Under the pieces are notes generated by a model. That model was given only the letters and a program-made list of their open reading frames with translations, was not told the origin of the DNA and made no database searches. The position numbers and the translations under genes were made by a program. A DNA stretch of 64,000 nucleotides from Candidatus Gottesmanbacteria bacterium (GTDB lineage Bacteria; Patescibacteriota; Microgenomatia; UBA10105; UBA927), in assembly GCA_023245335.1 (NCBI GenBank), contig JAHFKK010000001.1:299282-363281 (forward strand), in the 5' to 3' direction. This document shows positions 18,230-27,155 of the stretch, one piece after another (the first letter of the stretch is position 1; every line of letters starts with the position of its first letter).

Positions 18230-20224
18230 ATGGAAAAACCCGCACCGATGTTTGATCGATTCAACCGATATACGAAGACCGACTCATACGACCATGGACA
18301 AGGTGTCCAGTATAACGAGCGGATGATCGCCCGTGGGATTCCGGTGGTGAGTGACAAGAACGAGTCATCCGACAAACCGGTTTGGCGGGGGGACCATTCT
18401 TTTAACTCCGATGCTGCTTCGTATTCACTTATGCATTTCATAGAGCCGGAAGTTGCCTCCCAGCACCCGGACTGGGGCATAGAAAAGGTCAAAAAGGAAG
18501 CGCGAAATAGATTTACCCGCAGACTCGCCCAAGATCTTTCGTATGAAAATAGAGAAAACGATCATGAGGAAACCGTCGTCCAATGGCACCCGATAACAAC
18601 ATCAGACGGGTCGGTAGAGCTTGCGACAGAATACGGCGATGGGATGATTACGCTCAAGGAATTATGGAAACATACGAAAGAATATGCGGTGTTTGTCGGT
18701 AAACCCGAGGCATATAACCAGGAGGAAGAACGCGTGCAGCTTACTATGCAGGATGCGTTTGTCCGCGGCTCGTCGACGGGATTTGTGAGCGTCATAAGTC
18801 ATCCCGATGCCGTTCGGTATGTGCAGGTTTGGGAGAAAGCGCCTGACGGGGAAATTACATCAAAGCAAGTGGATCTTTTTTCGACAACCGGGAGAGATTT
18901 TTCGAAGGAAGAAAGTGAGAGGCTCATAGAGCATCTTGCAGTTTTTGACGGACACACGTCAATCGATGTCCGGCTGCCGGATTCGTCATATACGCATGTA
19001 TTTGTGGAGCGTGGTGCCGTCAAAGAACAAAATATTAGGATGATCGCTACGGCATTGGTGATGCAGCATGAGTATCATGCCGAAGCAGGTTTGTCAGAGT
19101 CGGTCATTCATATGCGGGATGCTCGACCCAAAGTCCGGGAAGCTGCGGACTCCATGGTGCTTTTAGGGCGGTTTCTGCATGATCACATATCAGAAACACT
19201 TGATAGGCTCAAAAATATAGACAGTAAAAAAGCGCCAAAGGATGCTGTCCCGATACATCCTGCGAGCAGGCGACCGCTTGAGCATCGAATCAAGAGAGGG
19301 CAAATATCCGCCGCGGAATCCATACTGCATGTCATATCCAGGTCCGAACAGTCACCCAAGAGAAGGATAGAGAGGGGTGAAAAACCCGTACACGCGGCTA
19401 TGGCGGAATGGTTTATATCGCAAACAATAGTTACAAATAGCAGGGATCTTCCGGCAGGACCGCATGCCGCTCTCTATTGGTTTAGTCTGCTCGAAGAGCG
19501 TGAAAGTCTCCAGTCGAGAGCGCCGTCTTTTGTAGATAAGCCAACTACGGAAACCCAAGTTGCCACATCACCGAACGTTTCTCCGTTAAAACATATTTGG
19601 GAGACCGTTTTTTTTGGGTTGCGACAAATACTTGCGCCCGGACGAAACGGGGAGACCATACTGACGAAAAAGAAAGATAGCGTGACAAAGAAAATAAAGC
19701 CGTCCGGGAACGAAGCATCTCGGCGACTCATACGGGCGCCGGAGCTATTACAGGTGTTCTTTCGTGGGGTACGTGATCGTTTTCAGAAGTTTATTCACGT
19801 TCCCTTGTACGTCAGGGAAGCCGCTCGAGTGATCGGTGTACCAAATCAGAATACAGAACTTCCGTTTGTGCCAAAAGAGAATAGAGAACTGCCGGCCGTG
19901 TATGTAAAAAGTCTTGAGGTTGCATGGGTTGTCTGGTATATGCTCCGGGCAGACAGAACATCCTCCGGGAAAGACGTGCCAGCACGAAATAGCGTAGGGA
20001 AAATTCCGTTATTGGTTCGTCGTGAAGTCCGAGCTACGGATCACCATGAAGAAGAAACTATGTGGGTGCTCCTTGGGATCATACGATACCTTACTCTTTT
20101 ACGGGAATCAGGGAGGGGAGGGCACATACAGGGAGTCCGGGCTAAACGGAATAAAGCGCGTCAGGCGTTGGGCTTCCGTACGATTTCCCGTGCCCGGGCC
20201 ATAATATTTACGATCGCTTCATGA
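18230..20224 (+). CDS. Large hypothetical protein (664 aa), no recognisable domain
   Basis: Long ORF in an operon with the TraD/VirD4-like ATPase. No TM segments and no Walker motifs. Confidence 0.6.
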   Translation: MEKPAPMFDRFNRYTKTDSYDHGQGVQYNERMIARGIPVVSDKNESSDKPVWRGDHSFNSDAASYSLMHFIEPEVASQHPDWGIEKVKKEARNRFTRRLAQDLSYENRENDHEETVVQWHPITTSDGSVELATEYGDGMITLKELWKHTKEYAVFVGKPEAYNQEEERVQLTMQDAFVRGSSTGFVSVISHPDAVRYVQVWEKAPDGEITSKQVDLFSTTGRDFSKEESERLIEHLAVFDGHTSIDVRLPDSSYTHVFVERGAVKEQNIRMIATALVMQHEYHAEAGLSESVIHMRDARPKVREAADSMVLLGRFLHDHISETLDRLKNIDSKKAPKDAVPIHPASRRPLEHRIKRGQISAAESILHVISRSEQSPKRRIERGEKPVHAAMAEWFISQTIVTNSRDLPAGPHAALYWFSLLEERESLQSRAPSFVDKPTTETQVATSPNVSPLKHIWETVFFGLRQILAPGRNGETILTKKKDSVTKKIKPSGNEASRRLIRAPELLQVFFRGVRDRFQKFIHVPLYVREAARVIGVPNQNTELPFVPKENRELPAVYVKSLEVAWVVWYMLRADRTSSGKDVPARNSVGKIPLLVRREVRATDHHEEETMWVLLGIIRYLTLLRESGRGGHIQGVRAKRNKARQALGFRTISRARAIIFTIAS

Positions 20225-20228
20225 TAGA

Positions 20229-20681
20229 ATGAAATTAATGACTGATACACTGCCCCAATCAAATCCGGCATCACCAAATCCTCCCCCGGGAGCGGTGCCG
20301 CAGCCGACAAGCGGCAGCATGGCGAAAGAAACAGGCCCGCATATCAGCTTCGTGGAAGCCCCGCTGGTGACTGAAGTAGGTCAGGAGACGCCTCTTTCGG
20401 ATGAAGTCGCAAAGGCTGGCGTGACGATCCGACCAACGACCGTGACTCTCCCGCCCTCCGTCCAAAAGCTGGGGGTGAAGGTGCTAGGTGAGGGGACTCC
20501 TGCGTCCGCGTCAAAGACCGCTACCCCGCTTCCTTTGACCGATGATCAGATTGCGACCGGATTACATCAGAGCATCAAAAGTTCGTGGCGGTGGCTTGCG
20601 GAATGGTGCGTCCGTCAGTTAAAACAGGCACATGTCCTGCTGAAGTCATTTCATGGAAAAATCGTGCGGCTCGATGAGTGA
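20229..20681 (+). CDS. Pro-rich hypothetical protein (150 aa)
   Basis: ORF between the 664-aa protein and the coupling-protein-like ATPase. Confidence 0.45.
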   Translation: MKLMTDTLPQSNPASPNPPPGAVPQPTSGSMAKETGPHISFVEAPLVTEVGQETPLSDEVAKAGVTIRPTTVTLPPSVQKLGVKVLGEGTPASASKTATPLPLTDDQIATGLHQSIKSSWRWLAEWCVRQLKQAHVLLKSFHGKIVRLDE

Positions 20682-20708
20682 GCGGCCGGTCTTTAAATTA
20701 TTTGTCTT

Positions 20709-23060
20709 ATGCCAATAGAATTTGCAGATATCATCTATCGGTTAGAAGTGTTGGGCGTGGTGTTGGTTATTTTGACTATGTGCGTGGTCGGACTTGCCGT
20801 GGTCGCGTACGTCGTTTTCCTCTTCTGGAAATATCGCGATCGCGAGAAACGATCACTTGATTATGTCCTCATGCAGATAGCTACTCCCCGTGACAATGAA
20901 ATAAAGATTGATGCCGCCGAGCAGTTATTTGCCAGTCTTTCCGCGATCCGTCACGGAGGGTTCTGGTCGTTTCTGAAGCCGCAGGAGCATATGTCGTTTG
21001 AAATCGTTGCGAAACGGGAAGATATCAGATTTTATGTGGCGGTACCCAAGCATTTGGTTGACCTCGTTGAGAAACAGATCCACGGGTCGTATCCGGGCGC
21101 TGATGTGAAGCAAGTCGATGAATACAATATTTTTAGTGAAAAGGGTAAGGTCGCATTTGCGGCACTTATTCCCAAAAATTCCGACTATCTGCCGATCCGC
21201 ACGTACCGTGATTTACCTGTTGACCCATTGTCCTCGCTTACCTCGAACCTTGCGAAGATGGGTGAGGATGAGGGGGCTGCCATACAAATCCTCATCCAGC
21301 CCGCAGACAGTAAATGGAGTAGTTTGGGTCGATCGTATATAGCCAAAACCAAAAAGAATGAAGCGAATCCTGAAAAAGCGAGTTTCAAAGTAGACCCGAA
21401 GACGCTTGAATCCATCGAACAAAAAACGTCGAAACCCGGATTTAATACCGTCATTCGTTTGGTCGTCAACGCCGCCACAAAAGAAGCCGCCGACGCGAAT
21501 CTGGAGAACCTCGAGACGTCATTTCATCAGTTCACATCTGATCATAATCATTTTTCCAAAGTGAAACATCCGTTAAAAAAGTTTTTTATGATAGATTTCG
21601 TATATCGGTATTTCCCAATTGCAAATTTCCCGTTTTTCAAGCAGTACGGCGTCCTCAACAGTGACGAGCTGGCATCAATTTATCATCTGCCGAATAAATT
21701 GATTGAGACCGCGCATATTTTTTGGCTGAATGCCAAGCGGGCTCCCGCTCCAATGCAGATTCCGTCGAGCGGGTTATTTTTGGGCGTGTCCCGGTATAGG
21801 GGCGTCGACCGGCCGATATTTGTGAGTGATGAAGACCGGAGGCGCCATCTTTATGTCATAGGGAAAACGGGTACCGGAAAATCACAACTCTTGGAAGAGT
21901 TGGTGCTACAGGACATGAGAGCGGGAAAGGGACTCGCGGTCATAGATCCGCACGGAGACCTTATCGAAGGAATACTGGAGCGCATGCCTGCCGAACGGGC
22001 AGAGGATGTCATCTATTTTGATCCTTCCGATACCGACCGTCCCGTGGGACTCAATATGATCGAGAGTCATAGTGAACAGGAGATGCATTTTGTGGCGACG
22101 TCCATCGTCGGACTCATGTACAAACTGTTCGACCCGATGAAAACCGGCATCATCGGTCCCCGATTCGAGCATGCGATACGAAATGCCATATTGACGGTAC
22201 TTCAGGCGATGTCCGGGGGTACGTTTATTGAAGTCGTTCAGGTATTACAGCGGCCTGACTTTGTGCAGGAACTTCTGCCCCGGGTGTCGGATCCTATCGT
22301 CCGCCGGTACTGGACCGATCAGATCGCCCAGACGGCGGATTTCCACAAATCCGAAGTTCTGGACTACATCGTTTCCAAATTCGGCAGATTCATTACCAAT
22401 AAACTCATGCGTAATATCATCGGACAATCACAGTCGACACTCGATTTCCGTAAAGCGATGGATGACGGCAAGATACTGCTGGTCAACCTCGCCAAAGGAA
22501 AACTTGGGGAAGAAAACAGTAACTTTTTGGGGCTTATCCTCGTGCCGAAAATATTGATTGCCGCCATGAGCAGGCAGGATATACCGGAAGAAAAGCGTCG
22601 TGATTTCTATCTCTATGTCGATGAGTTCCAAAACTTCGCCACCCCTGATTTCGCGCAAATACTTTCCGAGGCCCGGAAATACCGCTTGAACCTGATCGTC
22701 GCAAACCAATTTATCGGTCAGATGGAAGAAGAGGTAAAAAATGCGGTTTTCGGAAATGTGGGAACGCTTATCACATTCCGTATCGGAGTGACGGATGCCA
22801 ATTACATTCAGCACGAATATACACCGACGTTTAATGAGACCGATCTTATCAACATTGATAAATATAATGCCTATGTCAAAACGATTGTCCACAACGAACC
22901 GGTGAAGCCGTTTAGCATTGATCTCACGAAAGATATGTCAAAAGTTATGGAAACACAGAATCTTGAAGTGGCCAAAGCAGTGGTTCAGTTATCCCGCCTC
23001 AAATACGGGAAGCCGAGGGAACTTGTGGAAGCGGAGATTACCGAACGTGCGAGACTATAA
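20709..23060 (+). CDS. TraD/TrwB/VirD4-like type IV coupling-protein-family ATPase
   Basis: N-terminal TM helices, Walker A GKTGTGKS and Walker B LYVDEFQNF; 783 aa. Confidence 0.75.
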   Translation: MPIEFADIIYRLEVLGVVLVILTMCVVGLAVVAYVVFLFWKYRDREKRSLDYVLMQIATPRDNEIKIDAAEQLFASLSAIRHGGFWSFLKPQEHMSFEIVAKREDIRFYVAVPKHLVDLVEKQIHGSYPGADVKQVDEYNIFSEKGKVAFAALIPKNSDYLPIRTYRDLPVDPLSSLTSNLAKMGEDEGAAIQILIQPADSKWSSLGRSYIAKTKKNEANPEKASFKVDPKTLESIEQKTSKPGFNTVIRLVVNAATKEAADANLENLETSFHQFTSDHNHFSKVKHPLKKFFMIDFVYRYFPIANFPFFKQYGVLNSDELASIYHLPNKLIETAHIFWLNAKRAPAPMQIPSSGLFLGVSRYRGVDRPIFVSDEDRRRHLYVIGKTGTGKSQLLEELVLQDMRAGKGLAVIDPHGDLIEGILERMPAERAEDVIYFDPSDTDRPVGLNMIESHSEQEMHFVATSIVGLMYKLFDPMKTGIIGPRFEHAIRNAILTVLQAMSGGTFIEVVQVLQRPDFVQELLPRVSDPIVRRYWTDQIAQTADFHKSEVLDYIVSKFGRFITNKLMRNIIGQSQSTLDFRKAMDDGKILLVNLAKGKLGEENSNFLGLILVPKILIAAMSRQDIPEEKRRDFYLYVDEFQNFATPDFAQILSEARKYRLNLIVANQFIGQMEEEVKNAVFGNVGTLITFRIGVTDANYIQHEYTPTFNETDLINIDKYNAYVKTIVHNEPVKPFSIDLTKDMSKVMETQNLEVAKAVVQLSRLKYGKPRELVEAEITERARL

Positions 23061-23147
23061 CCCGCGTATTTTTTCTGGATTTTCTCTCTTTACATTACCC
23101 AAAAATCGTGTAAGCTCACTAAGTATTCTTATATATTTTTCTCCTGC

Positions 23148-24542
23148 ATGAATGGAATAACGGCAGACGCGTCACTGGAAAAAAAACATAACGTAGTTGT
23201 TTACGTTTTTAACATGTCGGAGGATGTCTGGCCGTTTATTTCCTCCATGTCGGATGCGAATGCCCGGTCCGCGGAAATTGTAGAAAACGCATACCTTGGG
23301 GACTCGCGCATGTTTCAGTTTGCGGGTGAGGACAGTGATGTCCTCTATATCACACCGCAGGCCGTGAGTGAATACTTCCTCGAATATTTCCATTCGTTAT
23401 TTCCTCATACCAATCTGACCGTTTTGACCACAGGACAGCATAGCGGTGTCATATGCGAGGATATGCTCCATGATCCATCTATCATGAATGCGTTGGTTGA
23501 GGCCGCCAATTCATCCAAGAAACTTATAATCACAAGTTACGCGGTAACGCAGCCGTTTCTCCAGTTAGTGAGAGCGCTTCGGGAGAAGGGGTTGACAGTC
23601 GTCACTCCGGAAGCACCGGATGAAGAAGATGCATGGACGGTAAATTTTTTCGGCAGTAAGTCGGGCATACGGCAGCTTGCGCAACAAAGTGAACATGAAG
23701 AACCGGATTTTCAGATGGCAGACGGCGTCATTTGTTTTGGTATAGAGGATGCCTCCAAGATTGCTGCCATCCGGTACGTGAAGGAACAGGGAGTGGTCAT
23801 AAAGACCAACAAGGGCCATTCCGGTATGGGAGTCGAGATATTCCGTCCCGGGGATTTACCCGGGGACTTTCATGCATGCCAGGCGAAGATTTATTCATTA
23901 CTTGAGAAAGATGCATATTGGCAGAAGTTTCCGATTGTTATAGAAAAGCTTATCCTGGTGAGTAACACGGTTGCCGGCGGGAATCCGAACGTGGAGTTTA
24001 AAATCAGCCGGAACGGACGCATTGATTTTCTTTATCACTGTGGTGTGTTGGTCACAAAAGACGGCGTGTTTCACGGCATAGAGGTGGGGCATGACATCAT
24101 GCCGGAACGGGTAGCGGCCCGAATCAAGGATACGGGTTTCTATATAGCGGAACGATTTGCCGCAGCCGGATACCGCGGATATTTTGACGTTGATTATGTC
24201 GCGGGGAGAAACGGCGAAGTGTATGTCGCCGAGTCAAACGTCAGAAGTACCGGCGGCACATTTGTGTATACGACGGCTGTTGCTCTCTTCGGTGAAAACT
24301 TCATGTTCGACACGTATTTATTTTCCAATAACGGGTATATGATCCCGCATCTGAAGCAACTTACATTCGAGAAGCTTATGGAGCGGCTTTCTCCGGTGCT
24401 TTTTAGTAACCAAACCAAAGAGGGAATAGTCCTCACGTCAGAGAACCTGCTGCGGATGCAAAAATTTTCGTTCATTATCTTTGCACCGACCAAAAAGCGC
24501 GCCTACGAAATTGAGGCTTCCATGGAGTCGCTCCTCAAATAA
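23148..24542 (+). CDS. ATP-grasp superfamily ligase, substrate unknown
   Basis: VVIKTNKGHSGMGVEIF and YRGYFDVDYV..GEVYVAESNVR motifs with a roughly 190-aa N-terminal pre-domain. Confidence 0.6.
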   Translation: MNGITADASLEKKHNVVVYVFNMSEDVWPFISSMSDANARSAEIVENAYLGDSRMFQFAGEDSDVLYITPQAVSEYFLEYFHSLFPHTNLTVLTTGQHSGVICEDMLHDPSIMNALVEAANSSKKLIITSYAVTQPFLQLVRALREKGLTVVTPEAPDEEDAWTVNFFGSKSGIRQLAQQSEHEEPDFQMADGVICFGIEDASKIAAIRYVKEQGVVIKTNKGHSGMGVEIFRPGDLPGDFHACQAKIYSLLEKDAYWQKFPIVIEKLILVSNTVAGGNPNVEFKISRNGRIDFLYHCGVLVTKDGVFHGIEVGHDIMPERVAARIKDTGFYIAERFAAAGYRGYFDVDYVAGRNGEVYVAESNVRSTGGTFVYTTAVALFGENFMFDTYLFSNNGYMIPHLKQLTFEKLMERLSPVLFSNQTKEGIVLTSENLLRMQKFSFIIFAPTKKRAYEIEASMESLLK

Positions 24543-24576
24543 GAGACCCGGATTTTGGTATAATAAGGCTCGTATT

Positions 24577-24648
24577 GGGCGCGTAGCTCAGTGGTAGAGC
24601 GCTACTCTTATAAAGTAGATGTCCTTGGTCCGATCCCAAGCGCGCCCA
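24577..24648 (+). tRNA. tRNA with anticodon TAT (UAU), putative tRNA-Ile reading AUA; unusual T-loop (TCCGATC, C at position 55)
   Basis: Hand-folded cloverleaf: acceptor GGGCGCG/CGCGCCC, D arm GCTC-AGTGGTA-GAGC, anticodon stem CTACT/AGTAG with loop CTTATAA, T arm CTTGG-TCCGATC-CCAAG, discriminator A. CCA is not encoded. Confidence 0.6.
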
Positions 24649-24688
24649 CAAATAGTTGGTACCATTAACACATTAACGAAAGAAAGAA

Positions 24689-25237
24689 ATGTCTGAATTC
24701 GTCGTATTAGTAGATGAGAAGAATAATCCAATAGGCACTGCGGATAAAAATGCCGTGCATACGGAAAGTACTCCACTGCATCGCGGATTTTCACTTTTCG
24801 TATTCAATTCCAAACGGCAATTTTTGCTTACGAAACGGGCGTCAACGAAAAAAACATTTCCCGGAGTATGGACGAATACGGTCTGCGGACACCCGGCGCC
24901 TGAAGAATCGGTGACGGAAGCGGCCTCGCGAAGATTGCGTGACGAACTGGGGATTACCGGGGTAGATGTACAGGAGCTTGCGCCATATCGGTACCGGGTT
25001 GCCGACCAAAACGGTATCGTAGAAAACGAAATATGCCCGATCCTGGTGGGACAGTATCAGGGAGATCCTGTGCCGGTCTCCGGCGAGGTTGAAGACTGGA
25101 AATGGGTAGACTGGAATGAATTCCTGCGGGAGATTCACGATAATCCTATGGCGTACTCACCCTGGAGTGTTGCGGAAGCAAAGATCCTCGCCCGGAGCCA
25201 GCTTCAGCTTATTGATAGGGCCCCACGTGCGGTTTAG
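24689..25237 (+). CDS. idi: Isopentenyl-diphosphate delta-isomerase, type 1 (Nudix)
   Basis: 182 aa with a conserved Cys/Glu Nudix-like core (TNTVCGHP..E). Confidence 0.8.
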   Translation: MSEFVVLVDEKNNPIGTADKNAVHTESTPLHRGFSLFVFNSKRQFLLTKRASTKKTFPGVWTNTVCGHPAPEESVTEAASRRLRDELGITGVDVQELAPYRYRVADQNGIVENEICPILVGQYQGDPVPVSGEVEDWKWVDWNEFLREIHDNPMAYSPWSVAEAKILARSQLQLIDRAPRAV

Positions 25238-25292
25238 GGCGTCAGAACAACTAAAGTTGATTTATTCACCGTGTAAGAGTAGTATCCGAGGC

Positions 25293-25553
25293 ATGACAAC
25301 ACACTATGAAGGAAAGAGAGTGCCATTTAACGCTAAAGTAAGTGCATCCAATATACTTCTGAGTCCTGATCTTATCAAGATACATTCTTTGCCAGGTGGG
25401 GCTCTTTCCGTTATAGGAGAACATCTTAAACAGTATCATCAACTTAGAGAGGGAACACGAGCTTGGGTGAGTGGAAGGGCTCGACACCTCGCAGCTTGGT
25501 GTGCTGGCGATGCTTCACTTCCTGAGTTTAGCGCCGGAGATAATTCTCACTAA
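25293..25553 (+). CDS. Small hypothetical protein (86 aa) in a lower-GC spacer
   Basis: Internal ATG of track ORF 25116-25553. Convergent with tsaD. Confidence 0.3.
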   Translation: MTTHYEGKRVPFNAKVSASNILLSPDLIKIHSLPGGALSVIGEHLKQYHQLREGTRAWVSGRARHLAAWCAGDASLPEFSAGDNSH

Positions 25554-26587
25554 ATAGATTCAACTGACAGATCGGGCACCGCAGTGACCTTTCGCCACGG
25601 CGCCTTTTTACCCCGGAAATATGCATAGCTTGCAATATATGCTGCATTGTCTGTGCAGAGATTCACGGGAGGGACGAATAAGGGAATGGTCAAACGTTTG
25701 AAGTCCAGTTCTTCCCGGAACTTTTCCCGCAGACGAAGATTTGATGCGACACCTCCGGAAAGCAGAATAGATTTGACACCAATCCTCCCAGCCGCTTTGA
25801 GCGTCTTTTCGACGAGAAGGCCGGTGATTATTTCTTGCACCGCGTGCGCAAACGCGCCGACGGATGGTGAGGAGTGGTCCGTTTCTTTATTCCACTCGCG
25901 CCAGATGGCCGTTTTCAAACCGCTAAAGGAAAAGTTAAATTCGTTTTTGCCAAGCAGTATGGGATGGGGAAGAGGGACAGTGGGTTTTTGTCCGTGGTAG
26001 TCGGCGGCCGCTTCCTGTATCGCAAGTCCGCCGCCATGGCCGAATCCCAGAAGCCTCGCCGTTTTGTCGAAACATTCTCCCGCCGCGTCATCGAGTGTGC
26101 CGCCAAGCCATTTCAACTTTTTGGGCAATTCCATGAGATAGAGTTCGGTATGTCCTCCGGAGACGACCAGAGATATGGCGGGATACTGAATGCGAGACGA
26201 GTTATCAACAAAATTCGCATACATATGCGCCAATACGTGATTGACCGGGATAAGCGGCTTATCGGTGACTAATGCCATTGTCTTTGCCGTTTCCACTCCA
26301 ACTAGTAAGCTCCCGATAAGACCGGGGCCCTGAGTTACGGCAATAGCGTCAATGGTGTCGATGAGGTGATCTATGACAGACGATTCATCTTTGATGCCCG
26401 TTGCTTCCATGATGACCGGAATAACCGATTCCAGTTGGGCGCGTGCCGCAACTTCCGGAACAATGCCGCCATATTTTTCATGCATGTCTTTGGACGTGGC
26501 GACAGCGTTTCCCAATACGTGCACGCCGTCTTTTACGACAGCGGCTGCCGTTTCGTCACAGGATGATTCGATGGCAAGAATGTTCAT
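25550..26587 (-). CDS. tsaD: tRNA N6-adenosine threonylcarbamoyltransferase
   Basis: Kae1/TsaD family, starting MNILAIESSCDETAAAVV; 345 aa. Confidence 0.9.
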   Translation of the reverse strand: MNILAIESSCDETAAAVVKDGVHVLGNAVATSKDMHEKYGGIVPEVAARAQLESVIPVIMEATGIKDESSVIDHLIDTIDAIAVTQGPGLIGSLLVGVETAKTMALVTDKPLIPVNHVLAHMYANFVDNSSRIQYPAISLVVSGGHTELYLMELPKKLKWLGGTLDDAAGECFDKTARLLGFGHGGGLAIQEAAADYHGQKPTVPLPHPILLGKNEFNFSFSGLKTAIWREWNKETDHSSPSVGAFAHAVQEIITGLLVEKTLKAAGRIGVKSILLSGGVASNLRLREKFREELDFKRLTIPLFVPPVNLCTDNAAYIASYAYFRGKKAPWRKVTAVPDLSVESI

Positions 26588-26596
26588 GCGGCTATT

Positions 26597-27013
26597 CTAC
26601 TCAAGCCCGAGAAGTTTCGCCAGTTGCGATGTCGACGGGGTAGAGATTTTTGGAATGACGGCAACGCGAGCATCTATCGTTGTGGCGTGCTGTTGTTTTT
26701 TTCCTATTACCGGATCGCCCTCGGTGACGGCGATGACGCCGGGGTGCACATCAGTTACGAGTTTGGCATACTCAGCATCTGATGTCATGGTCGGAAGAGA
26801 TATCACCTCATCAACACAGCTGAGTGCCGTCAGCATGGCTTTCCGTTGTGCTTGTGTGTGAATGGGACGTGCGTCGCCTTTCATGCGGCGGACGTTTTCG
26901 TCCGATTCCAATGCAACCACGAGATAGTCGCCCTGTTCTTTTGCTTTTTTCAGGAACTCTATATGTCCGAAATGCAAAAGGTCGAAACACCCGCCGACGA
27001 GTACTTTTTTCAT
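26597..27013 (-). CDS. Cytidylyltransferase-family protein (TagD/RfaE-II-like nucleotidyltransferase)
   Basis: MKKVLVGGCFDLLHFGHIEFL (HxGH motif) and GDYLVVA. The track ORF extends to 27037. Confidence 0.7.
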   Translation of the reverse strand: MKKVLVGGCFDLLHFGHIEFLKKAKEQGDYLVVALESDENVRRMKGDARPIHTQAQRKAMLTALSCVDEVISLPTMTSDAEYAKLVTDVHPGVIAVTEGDPVIGKKQQHATTIDARVAVIPKISTPSTSQLAKLLGLE

Positions 27014-27155
27014 ACGTTCATTATTATCCTGTTTCATTATTCAGTGTGCAATAAATAAAAAAAATCATATTTTGAAAAAGAGCAGCAGCGGTTTATGTTC
27101 GGCTTAGCCGGACGCTGCGTCGAGAAAAAATCGAAGGTTTTGTCTCGAGATTTTA

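Noticed and set aside
20678-20860. 60-aa ORF
   Set aside because: Out-of-frame overlap with the start of the coupling-protein gene. No independent support.
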